Shown: positions 30,712-44,720, counted from the first letter of the stretch. The stretch is 64,000 nucleotides of DNA from Rhizophagus irregularis (GCF_026210795.1 NC_089429.1:3968001-4032000); one strand, 5' to 3'. Notes: generated from the letters alone by a model not told the origin. Numbers and translations are program-made.

Positions 30712-31009
30712 AGGACCCCAGATATCTAATATAAAGGTTATAATGGACTTTTGGCCAAAAACACCACTTTTTGCTGAAACTCAAAAAATCGTTTTTTGTA
30801 AATATCTCAGCATCCAGTAATTCAATTTTAATGAACTATTTTTTATTTTGTAGCCCTCATTTAGCTCTACAATTTAAAAAAATGTTCATCAAAATTGGAC
30901 CACTGGATGCCGAGATATTTACAAAAAACGATTTTTTGAAATTCCTGAAAAATGGGCCAATCTGCCGAAAGTGTGACTTATGACCTGTTTTGGAGATATC
31001 CGGGGTCCT
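30712..31009. mobile_element. MITE with AGGA termini and 8-bp TSD
   Basis: AGGACCCCAGATATCT ... AGATATCCGGGGTCCT; TSD ATATAAAC at 30704-30711 and 31010-31017. Confidence 0.85.
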
Positions 31010-31279
31010 ATATAAACTTGATATCAATAAAGCATATATAAATCATTAAAAAAAAAAAAAGTATATGTTACTATTACCTTTTTTTCCTCAAAAACTGACT
31101 TTGCTGAAACTTGGAGTTTACAATCGATATTGATTAGATATCGCAATGATATCATTACGATATCATTACGATATTTTGATAAAAAATAGATTTGACATCG
31201 TTAAGTTAGTCGTAACTGTATTTATTTGACATTGATTAGTTTGATATCTCTGTGATATCGCTGTGATCATTATGCGATG

Positions 31280-31930
31280 TAAATATTATCACGTAACCAC
31301 ATCGTAGTGATGTCGTATTAACATTGAATTAATATTACAACAATATTTGACATTTATTTGATATCGTAACCATGTCGTATTAACGTAGTGATATCATATT
31401 AACATCGAATAATATTCAAAAATATTTTATCTATTTGATATCGTAACCACATCGTAGTGATATCGTATTAATATTGAATTAATATTACAAAATATTTGAC
31501 ATTTTATTTGATATCATAATCACATCGTAGTGATATCATATTAACATCGAATTAATATTGCAAAAATATTTTACATCTATTTGATATCGTAACCACATCG
31601 TAGTGATGTCGTATTAATATTGAATTAATATTACAAAATATTTGACATTTTATTTGATATCGTAATCACATCGTAGTGATATCATATTAATATCGAATTA
31701 ATATTGCAAAAATATTTTACACCTATTTGATATCGTAACCACATCGTAGTGATGTCGTATTTACATTGAATTAATATTACAAAATATTTGACATTTTATT
31801 AACTACATCATAATAATATCATATTAATATCGAATTAATATTACAAAAAATGTTTTACATTTATTTAATATCATAACTACATCGTAATGATATTATATTA
31901 ACACCGAATTAACATCACAAAAATATTTTT
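31280..31930. repeat. 73-bp tandem repeat array with alternating (dimeric) variants
   Basis: CACATCGTAGTGAT at 31448, 31521, 31594, 31667 and 31740 (73-bp period), with degenerate copies on either side. Confidence 0.9.
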
Positions 31931-33628
31931 ATTGTAATATATGTTTATTATTTATTATACATTAATAATAATCATTTTTTATTAGTGGATTATTATGGGT
32001 GAGTGGAGTACGTTTCTTTTCTTCCTTTTTTTTTTTATTCTTTTCTTCTCTTTTTTGTTCTTTTCTTCTATTCTTTTCTTCTCTTTTTTATTTTTTTCTT
32101 CTTCTTTTTTATTTTTTTCTTCTCTTTTTTATTTTTTTCTTCTCGTATGTGAGTGGATGGATACGTCATTTTCAATTTTAAAATATATATATATATATAT
32201 ATAAAAAATAAAAAAAACAATCATGATTAATAAAATGTACTCTTTGTAAAATATATTTAAAATTTAATACATAACCTTGGAATAATAGTTAGAGCAGGTA
32301 ATTCCGGGATTTTGTAAAGAATAATAAAAATGATAATATTTTTAAGTTAGTTCTTTCTTTAAATTTTTTTGAAAGTGGTTTGTTTCTTAAAATCATAATA
32401 TTGTAAAAAAATGCTGGTTGCTACGACTGACAGATAACGACAAATTGTCAGGCTACCCCAGACAAAGTAATTGGAAGGCGGAAAATGCCATAAATATCCA
32501 GCCCTATTTTACAACATTTTCTTCCAGGCTAAAGCAAATATTACAAAAGAAATTGCAAATATATTTAACAAGCAATAGATACATGGCCGTTGAAAAATAT
32601 ATTCACATTTATACCACAGTCTAACAAAAAAATACTCAAACCACAACATATTGTAAAAAAAATATGAAAAATACGCGTATATCCTATTTTCATACCTTGC
32701 TTAACAGCTCCACTATTTATTTAAAAAACGGCTTTTTTCTCTTTTGTATGTGGGTAGGTGGGTACATTTTTCCTTTCTTTATTCTTTTCTTTTGTATGTG
32801 AGTGGCGGGTACATTTTCTTTTCTTTATTCTTGCTTTTATTCTTGCTTTTTGTATGTGGGTGTCTTACTAGTTACTATGTTGAATATATAAACTAAAGTG
32901 TCCCAAAGTATTGTTAATATTGTAAAAAGATAATATAAGTATACTTTAAAAAGAAAAAAGAAGAGACGAACTAAAATACCGTAAAGTATTAATATAAAAG
33001 ATAAGAGAAAAGCGTATTTTTGAAAATAAACAAAAAAAATCTCATTAATAAACGCGAATTTTAGCTATTTTTAGTTATCACATGCATGATATCACATGCA
33101 TGTAATTAAAGTAATTTTAATTGGTTAATTTTAATTTATTATTACATCATGCATATGATTTTATTGGTTAAAATTTTATACGATACAAATTAAAATAATT
33201 ATTTTATTATATTTATATAATTAATATAATTATATGGCTGTAAAATAAAAATTATTTTTTATCCAAATTCTATTTGTAGTATCATGATTTGGTAGTTGGC
33301 ACCTTTCTGAATTACAATTATGAATAAAATGTACTTTTTGAACATTATCTATTACAGTAATTGGAAAAATACGTCTCCATTTATCTCCTGTTGCTTGAAG
33401 ACGGTAAAGTGGACATTTTAATACTGAATGTTCAACCATAGTATCTTCAAACCAATCTACAACAATAAATGCATAATATTTGTTATTATTATCCTTATGT
33501 TGAAAGATACCTTTGATTATTGCATAAGATTCTTCATGATCTTCTTCATAAATTGTGATAAAATCATTGAGATGTAGGTGAACTTTTGAAAGGATACCAT
33601 TTTCTTCTTCAATCATATATGATGCAAA

Positions 33629-34111
33629 TAGTGCTCCAAAACGAGTCGAGTTGACTCGTGAGTTGGTCAAGTTGAGTCGAGTCGAGTTGAAAATTACAAT
33701 CAAATCGAATCGATTCGAGTCGAGTTAATAATTTAATAAAATCGAGTCGAGTCGAGTTAAGCCGAATTAAGCCAAATTTATGGAATTTCCTTTTTTGGAA
33801 ATTATGTTACACAAAATCCGAGACGAAATTTTTTTGAAAATTACAAAAATGGAATTTTGTGGAACGGCTATCGCCAAAAAAGGAAATGATCGGCATAGCC
33901 GAATAAAATCACGTGATTTAATTCGACTCGGTTTGACGGGCCAACTCGACTCGAATCAAGTCGAGTTTATATTTTTATAATTTTAACTCGACTCGACTCA
34001 ACTCGATTTAACTCGAGTCAAATCGAGTTTACATATAACTCGACTCGATTTAACTTGAGTCAAATCGAGTTTACATATAACTCGACTCGACTCGACTCGT
34101 TCGGAGCTCTA
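33629..34111. mobile_element. hAT-like MITE inserted in the transposase last exon
   Basis: TAGTGCTCCAAAACGAGTCGAGT ... ACTCGACTCGTTCGGAGCTCTA; TSD GATGCAAA/AATGCAAA; removal rejoins WYKFA-SYMIEEE. Confidence 0.85.
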
Positions 34112-36317
34112 AATGCAAATTTGTACCAACTAATTGAAGAGTTTATAAGTGCCGCCTCAAACTTCATATCCACATAAGATAAAAACAATTCAGTTTTAAA
34201 ATTATGTAAAGTTAAAAGAAGTTTATCACGTTCCTGCTTTGACATTCTTTTTTTTAATGAAATATTGGAAATAAAGTTTACTGGAGATATAACTAAATTA
34301 AAAGATTAGTAAATATAAATATCAAACATGTACTACTATATGCAATAAAATATTTACTTTTTGTATTATCATCATCATCTTGAACTTGTTCAGTTGCTTC
34401 AGTTGAATATTTATCTTCTGTAACATACCAATTTAAAAATAATTGTCCAAAATTTGAATTTGTAAATCCAGTACAAGATCTATTAAATCTTGGATCAATA
34501 CCACCATCTGCTAAATGTCGAATTGCAAATAAAGTATTGTAACGCTTTAATAAATCCAAATCTATATTTTTGAATACGATGGACCATTTCTTTTATACCA
34601 ACTTGGGTATTAATAAGTGTTCCAAAGGTTTTAGCATGCATCAAAAGATGCATATTAACGTGTATATTTGGTAAATTAACAAAATTTACAAAAACCTATA
34701 AAAAGTAAAATATTGTTAATTATTTGAAATTATTCCATATTTCAATATCAAATTTGTAACTATACCTTTGGAAGGATTGAAAACTCTTCTTCAAGACATT
34801 GTTGCAATTTCTCATAGCTATCTGATGTAAATTTCTCGTTAAAAACCGCTTTCATAGTTTTTGCAACATGTATCCAACAAGATATAATAATTTTTGGAAC
34901 TGAACTAACTCGAAATGCATCAATTCTTTGTTGAATCATGGCTGTTTCATTACGGTTGATACTTGATTCTTTTAAAAACTGGTTTAACAAAAATGGCATA
35001 ATCATAGCTAATCTAAGTAAATCTGACATCATAAAACTATTGTAGTGAGTAATCGGATTTGGTAAGCGAGACCATCTTTTTGGGATTTCAAAATTTTTCC
35101 AAATTTCGATAAAATTATCTTCTTCTTTTCGTGAAAATAATTCACAAGTTAATTTTAGTAGCCGCCCAATCTTTCCTGCAGTCGCATGATAAACATCCTG
35201 CAGCGTCTGTAAATGTCTTTCCCTTTTTAATTTATCTAAAATACTAGGTAATGATCGTATTTTAAGATTTCTTCGTCTGTAATATGATGATAACGTAATG
35301 TTGTTACGATATCCTGATTGTGAGCACTCAATGATTCTTTAGTAGTTTTACAAGTACAACAACCCTTATTTGCATTATGTCTAAATTTATTTTTTAAACA
35401 ATTTTAATAGTTGTCATAAAATTATATTATTATATTATTAACTAAATTGAAAAAATACCTTAATACTCCTGTCAAATCGTTACCTTGAGGTAAATCTGCC
35501 GTAACAACGCCTAAACCAGCAATTATCCATGCATCTTGTTCTTGCACCTTTCCTTTCTCTAATTCCTTCATTTCTGAAATGAATGGTATCATAAATTCGT
35601 CAAATTTTCCTCCAAATGGAATAAACCCAATAACAAAATGGTTCTTTATTAGCTTTCTTTGATGTGCTGGCATATTTCCAAACTGTACATAAGCATCACC
35701 TAGAGAATGATATACATTTCTAAATGTACCAAAATCATCATAATAAAGATCTAAAAACAGCTTATAGATTGGCATAGATGATGATGGTGGATTTCTGATA
35801 GAAATGTAATCAGATGGATGTAGGTATGAAAGCTTTACATTACAAACGTGCCAACGGTTATTACATTTATAAATTATTTCACTAATCTGCAATGAACCAT
35901 CAGGAATATTTTGATGTTGAAACATCATCAATATAGTTACTTTTTCTAAAATTTGAGAAGTCATTATAATTAAAAATGGTTCGTCTTGTAACCATACTTC
36001 ACTGGTAATAGAACAACGTTGTCTTGGTAACCTTTTTAAATTTCTGGGTAAATCTCTATATTCCAAAATTTTTTGAATTTATAACTGATAATATCCATCA
36101 TCATTTTTAAAATTGATCTTAATCTTCCAAGTTTTTTTTGACCATTATCATCATGATAGTAAACAAAATCACCAGATCGGTACAATACTATTTATTAAAA
36201 ATAACTTTAATAAATATTATCAATGATAATAAATTATAATTGTATCAAAGTGTATTATTTTATAACCTTCTGATATTAATATTTCGTGTTGTCCAAAAAG
36301 TGGGGATTCCCTCCATA

Positions 36318-38902
36318 AATTTCCATGCCAAAATTCTGATTTTTCTTCAGAATTAATGCCGGGTTTAAAATACATATGCTTTATTAGCATCGGATTATTA
36401 AGAACAGGCCATATAATTTCACTGATTGAGAGTTGATACGAAAGTTTTGATCCTCGTGAGGTTGATGGAGTTTTTTTTTAGTGAAATTTTAATAGACTTT
36501 GTTATTATTGGTAGGAGAGGAAGACGTTTTCTCCATGATTGGAATCTTCGGATATTTTTACCATATGGGTAGGTTCAAATTGAGAATTGTGAATGATATC
36601 GACAAGATCTTCATATGCTTTTGTAGAAACATTATGCTTCTGAAGCCAGCAAAATAATGCCGTAGTTGTATAATTATTAAAGTACAGTGCAAACTCACTA
36701 TTGCAGAACGGTATCTTGTCTTCATCTAACGCTTCAACAATTTGATCTATTTCTTCTTCTTCATTATTACGTTCCTCTTCATCGTTATTACGTTCCTCTT
36801 CCACTTGATTATTATTATCATCATTATTACCTTCCTCTTCCTCCTCTTCGTCATTGTTTTCATTATTATCTTCCTCCTCTTCCTCCTCTTCATAATTGTA
36901 TTCGTTATCACTTTCTTCTTCCTCTTCAGTATCAGATGAATTGACATTATCTTGCGAAAATATCATCTCATCATTGTAGTCTTGAGGATTAATTGATCCA
37001 TATGCATTATCGTCATCATTAATGTCTTGAAAACTTAAATCATCTTTATGATCATACTGAAAGTCCATATCATCGTTATCATTATCAGGTGAACGTATAG
37101 GCGAACGAATTGCAACTCTCTCGTCAGAATCTGTTGTCTCATTAGGTTTGCTGTAAGAAAACCGATTTCGAAAATTTCCATGCCAAAATTCTGATTTTTC
37201 TTCAGAATTAATGCCGGGTCTAAAATACATATGCTTTATTAGCATCGGATTATTAAGAACACGCCATATAATTTCACTGATTGAGAGTTGATATGAAAGT
37301 TTTGATCCTCGTGAGGTTGATAAAGTTTTTTTTTAGTGAAATTTTAATAGACTTTGTTATTATTGGTAGGAGAGGAAGACGTTTTCTCCATGATTGGAAT
37401 CTTCGGATATTTTTTACCACATGGGTAGGTTCAAATTGAGAATTGTGAATGATATCGACAAGATCTTCATATGCTTTCGTAGAAACATTATGCTTCTGAA
37501 GCCAGCAAAATAATGCCGTAGTTGTATAATTATTAAAGTACAGTGCAAACTCACTATTGCAGAACGGTATCTTGTCTTCATCTAACGCTTCAACAATTTG
37601 ATCTATTTCTTCTTCTTCATTATTACGTTCCTCTTCATTGTTATTACGTTCCTCTTCCACTTGATTATTATTATCATCATTATTACCTTCCTCCTCCTCC
37701 TTTTCGTCATTGTTTTAATTATTATCTTCCTCCTCTTCCTTTTCTTCATAATTGTATTCGTTATCACTTTCTGCTTCCTCTTCAGTATCAGATGAATTGA
37801 CATTATCTTGCGAAAATATCATCTCATCATTGTAGTCTTGAGGATTAATTGATCCATATGCATTATCGTCATCATTAATGTCTTGAAAACTTAAATCATC
37901 TTTATGATCATACTGAAAGTCCATATCATCGTTATCATTATCAGGTGAACGTACAGGTGAACGAATTGCAACTCTCTCGTCAGAATCTGTTGTCTCATTA
38001 GGTTTGCTGTAAGAAAACCGATTTCGAAAATTTCCATGCCAAAATTCTGATTTTTCTTCAGAATTAATGTCAGGTCTAAAATACATATGCTTTATTAGCA
38101 TCGGATTATTAAGAACACGCCATATAATTTCACTGATTGAGAGTTGATACGAAAGTTTTGATCCTCGTGAGGTTGATGGAGTTTTTTTTGGTGAAATTTT
38201 AATAGACTTTGTTATTATTGGTAGGAGAGGAAGACGTTTTCTCCATGATTGGAATCTTCGGATATTTTTTACCACATGGGTAGGTTCAAATTGAGAATTG
38301 TGAATGATATCGACAAGATCTTCATATGCTTTCGTAGAAACATTATGCTTCTGAAGCCAGCAAAATAATGCCGTAGTTGTATAATTATTAAAGTACGGTG
38401 CAAACTCACTATTGCAGAACGGTATCTTGTCTTCATCTAACGCTTCAATGATTTGATCTATTTCTTCCTCTTCATTATTACGTTCCTCTTCATCGTTATT
38501 ACATTCCTCTTCATCGTTATTACGTTCCTCTTCCACTTGATTATTATTATCATCATTGTTACCTTCCTCCTCCTCCTCTTCGTCATTGTTTTCATTATTA
38601 TCTTCCTCCTCTTCCTCCTCTTCATAATTATATTCGTTATCACTTTCTTCTTCCTCTTCAGTATCAGATGAATTGACATTATCTTGCGAAAATATCATCT
38701 CATCATTGTAGTCTTGAGGATTAATTGATCCATATGCATTATCGTCATCATTAATGTCTTGAAAACTTAAATCATCTTTATGATCATACTGAAAGTCCAT
38801 ATCATCGTTATCATTATCAGGTGAACGTACAGGCGAACGAATTGCAACTCTCTCGTCAGAATCTGTTGTCCCATTAGGTTTGCTGTAAGAAAACCGATTT
38901 CG
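36318..38902. repeat. Three tandem near-identical copies of an approximately 855-bp coding segment
   Basis: ACCGATTTCG at 37161, 38017 and 38893; the translated block repeats in ORFs 36505, 37274 and 37715. Confidence 0.95.
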
Positions 38903-40307
38903 AATTCAAATTGGCTCTATTGGTTTATTGTGACTATATCGTCTTCTCATCCTTTGACAATTTAAATCCTTAACTTAATTTAGAATTTTTATAAAATTCA
39001 ATAAATCTTTATAAAAATTATTTATTAAATACCTTAATACCTTTTATATTGTTTAGCGTATCGACAAAAAACCAAAATCAATTCAGTTAAAATTATTACC
39101 GATTTGCTATAGATTCTGATTGGAGTTTTGAAAGTAACACAATCATCAAGTTTTGGAACACAATCGTATACAAAATCAAGTAGCACATTGGAGTTTTAAA
39201 AGTAACACAATCGTCAAGTTTTGGAACACAATCGTATACAAAATCAAGTAGTACATGCTTTTTTTTATCGTTAATCAATACATAAAAATTCAATTAGTAT
39301 AAAAAAAATTTATTTTATACTTGCTTAAATCTCACGAATGCGTCAAAAAACTTGAAAATTAAACTAATTGAATTGCGAAGTTTTTGACCTGTAAATTCAT
39401 ATGCAGGATTATAAAAAATAGTGGTTGAAAATTATACTTAATAAATAGAAAATGCTCTCGCGAAACAATAATTTAGTTAATTTAGTAGTAGAGTATTAAA
39501 GTTTACAATTTAATAAAATAATAGATAAAGTATGATTTAATTTACGATTATATATTTAATTTACGATTATATTTTTCGAACATCAAAACTAATGAAGCGA
39601 ATTCGTTAAACACCATGATTGTTATTAGCAGACCAATTAAATTAATTTTCGTTAATTAATTTTCATTAATTTTAAGCTATTGTCAAAATAAAATAAATGT
39701 TGTGGTAAAACTTCTCTGATTGAACCTCTAAATCAACCACCATAGAAGATAATTACGTGTATAAAAACATCTTTATTATTCCATAGTAAGTCCTCAAATT
39801 GACCCGCGACTCACCCACGGTAAATGCTTTAATTTACCATAAAGACATCGCGACACACCCGTGATACACCTGCGGCATACCCATGGCTTATCCAAATTTG
39901 TTTAACAAATTTGTTTAAACTATTTATTCCACATCATTGCAATTTCTTATTGTGTTCATAGATTGTAGGCATAATAATTTGATTTTATTTTTTTACAAGG
40001 ATTTTTTTTTTACACAGATTTTTTTTATTTTCCCACTCTTTTTACAAAATTCTTTTGTTTCATTAATTCTTTCGTTTTCATTAATATAATTCTTCGTTTT
40101 ATTAATTCTTTCATCTTCATTAATATTTCATTAATTCTTGTGTTCATAGATTGTAGGCGTAATAATTTGATTTTATTTTTTTTTACACAGATTTTTTTTT
40201 TTTTACATGGATTTTTTTTTTTTACGGATTTTTTTTTATTTTCCCACTCCTTTTACAAAATTCTTTCTCTTTCATTTTCATTAATATTTCATTAATTCTT
40301 TAATAAC

Positions 40308-40760
40308 ATGTGGACTGATAGACAATTGCGAGTTTTAATTAATGAAAGAAAAAATAAAAACAATAATTTTCACGAACTTAATGGTAATATGAAGCATAAT
40401 TTTTGGAAAGGGCTAGCAAGCAAAATAAACCTTGAATTCAGAACCACGTATACTGGGAGGCAATGTAAAGAAAAATTTAACGGCTTAGTGCGAGCTTATA
40501 AAGTATATAAACATTATTTTAGGTTCAACTACTATTTTAGCATATTAAATAGTACTAATATAATTTTATAATTTTATTAGAAAATGCAATTATATATCGA
40601 GGGTAAGCCAAAGGGAAGGAAAAGTGCTCTAGGAACGAAGTACTACGAGGAATTCAGTGAACGTTTTTGGGAAAAATGACGTAAATATTAGAAAATCACG
40701 TAAATATTTTATTTTTTTTTTATTTAATTCATAAATTAATCTGATTATTTATTTAGAAAC
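40308..40760 (+). pseudogene. Myb/SANT-like (trihelix) DNA-binding protein, spliced, probable premature stop
   Basis: MWTDRQLRVLINERK...FWKGLASKIN...TGRQCKEKFNGLVRAYK; intron about 40503-40580; TGA near 40677. Confidence 0.65.
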
Positions 40761-42310
40761 AATTTATGATATTGCTCACGAAATCAACACAACAAGCCAT
40801 ACAACAACTTCGTCATCTTCACCACTACATTCACCAATATGCTCACCTATATCACCTCTCCGTTCACACTCATCATCATCACCTACGCCTCTCCGTCACT
40901 CATCACCTACACCTCTCCTCCATCACTCATCACCTATACCTTACCGTTTACGAGGCTCACCTTCATATTATGAAATCATTGAAATTGAATAATTTCGCCT
41001 CTCCGTTTACACTCACCTCACTTCATATGAAATTGTAAATCTTTCAAATCATAATTACTATTTTGTTATATTGATGTCTGTACAACATTTAATTTTGCTT
41101 AATATTATATTGCTGTACAACATTCAATTTTTTGCTTAATATTATATTGCTGTACAACATTCAATTTTTTTATTTTCTGAACGATGTATCTTTCATTATT
41201 TAGAAAAAAATACTATTTACTTTACTACATAAAATAATAAAATATGCTAAATCATTAAATAAGCAAATAAGCAGATCGTCACTGTATTATTTCAATTGGA
41301 ATATTTTAATTATAACCTCCACAATTAATCATGAAAATTATTTTGAGAGTATTCTAGCAACCATCAAACTGTACTATGTTTCATCCATTTATCGTTTAAA
41401 AATTTCTCTTCCTTTAGCAGTTAAGTTTATAAATTTCTATTTAATGGTACTATTGAAATGTAAATTCGTTACCAACTCTAAATATTTTTGAATTTTGTAG
41501 CTTTACATAATATTCTATAGACTGCTCACGACTTTCTTTTCATAATTGTATAATAATATACAAAAATCATATGTTAAGGAGTTGCATTGTCTTTTCGCAA
41601 ATTTAGTAATCAGTCACATATGAGTAAAAAGGTTTGATTGGGTTATTTGGATGCAATAATATCTTTAACATTACGTAATTTAATGCCGAACGATAATAGT
41701 AGCTATAATGGTTATACTTTTTGAGTTTGGTGCATATTATTGTATCACATAAAATGATACTTCACATGATTAATTTCTTCTCACTTCTTTCTTCTAATAT
41801 TTTTCTTCTCACTCCTTATATGGCCTAAAAAAGTATAATAAAATTTATGAAATTGAATCGTAAATACGCAATAAAATAAAGATTTGGAACTGATTTGAAG
41901 TAATCTTCTATATAAAAAAAGTGTCCAGTATTCACTTTTATTATTAAATGAAATACAAATTATTTATATAAATTAAATTTAATTTTCGATCTTGAAATCA
42001 TAATTTTTAGTTTTTCCATCTCCTGATATTTTTAACTGATCCTGCATTTTACACAATACACAATGATATTGAGATCATGTATATTTTCCAATTAAATACT
42101 ACAATCATAATTACAATAGCTAAAATCTCAAAATTATATCATGATAACCTCGCCCTTTTTTTTTGTTCATTCAATGTTTATCACCTACTTTTTTGAGCAA
42201 GAAAGTTGCTCCACATTTTTTATTCATTCATATTTTCTTGATATATATCACCTACTTTGAAACAAAAAGGTTGTTCCACTTTTTTTTTTGCTCATATTTT
42301 TTTTTATATT

Positions 42311-43550
42311 ATGACGACTAAACGTAAATCACCTAATAAATCGTCTGATGATAATCAAGAAATGGAAGTTGAAGGAGGTATGTAGATATAACTCTTTTGT
42401 AAATTTATAGTAAGTTTTGTTATATAGTTATATGTAAAAAGAATAATTAATAAATACCAAAAATATGTATAATAGGATCAAAACGAAAACAAATTACGAA
42501 AAAAAGAAGAGATATTAACATTGAGAAAGCCAATCAGTTGATGAAAAAAAGTAAAAACCATAGTAATAAAGAAGCTGCCGAATCTGCCGATAAAGAAGTT
42601 ATAGTAGTAAATGAAAAAAGAAGTAATGATAATGATGATGATGATGATGATGATGATGCGAGTAAGACGGAAGATCATAAAAAACCCAAAGTATTTCAAT
42701 CAAAGTCAAATTTAGAAATAGTTGCTTGGCTCGTCGATTATCCGGAAATTTTAAGATTGGCACTAGAAATGAACAATACGGATGTTGCTATCTCATCATC
42801 CAGTAAAATTATGGACGTAAGTATTAAATTAACATGATAATATTTATTTGTCTAAATCTTTTAAATAATGTATTTTTAATATTTTAGGATAAAATTTGTC
42901 TATGAGACGAAAGTGTCAAGTGTCTTTTTTACGTGCGAGAAGTCCACGTGGTGAAGTTTTTGATGAGTTGATAACAAAAATTTTCAAAATAAAAATACAT
43001 TCGAACGAAGCTAAAAGCTACCTCAAAAAAACCCGAAAATTTTTCATCGATTTCAGAAATAAGTTTAACCAAATTATTTTAACTTCTGTAGAAGAATTTA
43101 AAGAAATAAGAAAAAACAGGTATTTATTTAATTGTTTCCTAGCTAACCAAATAGTGCTGTTTGTATTAATTATTAATTTAATTATAGAGCATCTACTGGA
43201 AGTTTATCTCAAAAGGAACTTATAGATTACGTTGATGAAGAATTTGTTCAAAAAATTTTAAGCCGACAGCTTGTAGTTGTTAATATTTCAGAATTAACAA
43301 GAAATGAAGGGTTCGATATCTTGGTTGATTTCGTAAGAGAAACCTTTAAGGTTTCGTAGAACAGAAAAAATTTGTCCGCCGTTAAAGAATTAGATAATAT
43401 AACCAAAGAATTAACGATCCCTTCTAGGAGTGGAAATAAGATCGTTGATTCTTTATCGGTAAGTTATTTTATTTATACTGATACTTCATATCCTTTAATC
43501 ATAGTTATTAATAATAATATTAAATTATACATAGTTATAAATCTTAGCAA
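42311..43550 (+). pseudogene. Multi-exon gene of unknown function (possible transposon accessory gene)
   Basis: ATG at 42311, short GT-AG introns linking ORF pieces 42538, 42896 and 43372; in-frame stops present. Confidence 0.45.
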
Positions 43551-44360
43551 ACGCTCTAATTTTTTTATAAAATTATGCATTTTATAACGATATTACATTG
43601 AATAAATTTAGTAAATTTTACAAGTAAATGATAATATGAAACATCATTATTCTAAACATTATACCATAATGTCAAGTGATAATAATATAAAATAAAATGG
43701 ATGTATAAAACTATAAAATGTTTGTCTAAGATATAACACTTTCAAGTTTAAAAAGTAATTATTGTTTTGTTAAAAATGGAATGGTTATTATGTGACATTT
43801 CTTCTTTAATGTATACGGCCTAAATATCTCTATATATTTGACGTTATTATACAGATCAAAAAGAATACATTTACGTAACATTTGTGTAAAGTAAGAACTT
43901 TAAAGTTTAAGCCAATTCTGACTGGTAATTTACAAAATAACAAACACATTTCTTAAAAAAATTCTGAATCAGAATACTTTTCCGGTTTTCATTTTCGATT
44001 CTGCAAAAAATTGAAAAGTTCAGGTGATAATTCAAGAAATATCCACCTATAAAAGACTAAACAATTATCAGGTTGATCAAGTTTGTGTAATACCAAATTT
44101 AATAAATTGTCTGATTAAATAATCGCGTATATTAAATGATCGCGTATATTATAAGGCTATTAATTCCTAAAAAGTCAATTTAACCACTATTTTATTTAAG
44201 ACTATTTATTTTGTACATTTTTTTTTTTTAAAAAAAAAACTTTCTTTCTGAAAGTAGAGTCTGTTGTCGGGCTGGTAGTGTGTCTCGCTACGCTCAACCC
44301 ACCTCGGCCAGGGGCCTCGCAGTACCTACATCTCCCCTCCGTGGGGTAGGAATCCCCTAT

Positions 44361-44603
44361 ATCTGTCACTATCTGTCATTAACATCTGTCATATAATAAT
44401 ATACTAAAAAAGAATGAAATAAGGGAAAAGAGAGGAAAATACGATAGAATCAGAGGGGTATGACAGATATGACGGATATGACAGATGTTTCAGAAAAATC
44501 GGGAGAGGATACTCCCAGAAAAAAGTTTTGATTTTACCCCCCCAGATCTGTCATTCTGTCATAGATCTGTCATATGATCAGGATTCAGTCTATTCATCTG
44601 TCG
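44361..44603. repeat. Iteron-like ATCTGTCA cluster (putative replication origin)
   Basis: ATCTGTCA or variants at 44361, 44371, 44384, 44546, 44554, 44565 and 44596; inverted TGAC(A/G)GAT at 44461, 44470 and 44479. Confidence 0.8.
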
Positions 44604-44720
44604 GAAGCAGTGAGATAGCAAACCGAGTAAACAGGTAGGTTAATAGCCCCTAGAAGGTCTGTAAAGCCACAGAGAGATAACCGGGTAGAAGCGCGGATCT
44701 TTGGAAAAAATACATTCGGC

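Larger units (their letters stand above)
33230..38950 (-). pseudogene. CACTA/Plavaka-like transposase, multi-exon, disrupted
   Basis: EFWHGNLWRESPLFG, LDLYYDDFGTFRNVYHSLG, VTADLPQGNDL, C-terminal VHFIHNC...H...W.KN.FY; acidic N-terminus; stops, a MITE insertion and an internal triplication. Confidence 0.65.

Noticed and set aside
31280..31930. Regularly spaced repeats resembling a CRISPR array
   Set aside because: Whole 73-bp units repeat with no unique spacers, there are no cas genes, and the context is eukaryotic.
31995..32204. Phe-rich membrane-like ORFs
   Set aside because: They come from a pyrimidine-rich low-complexity tract.
36687..38679. Short Phe/Ile-, His/Tyr- and Lys-rich ORFs
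   Set aside because: They are alternative frames or antisense readings of the acidic low-complexity transposase segment.
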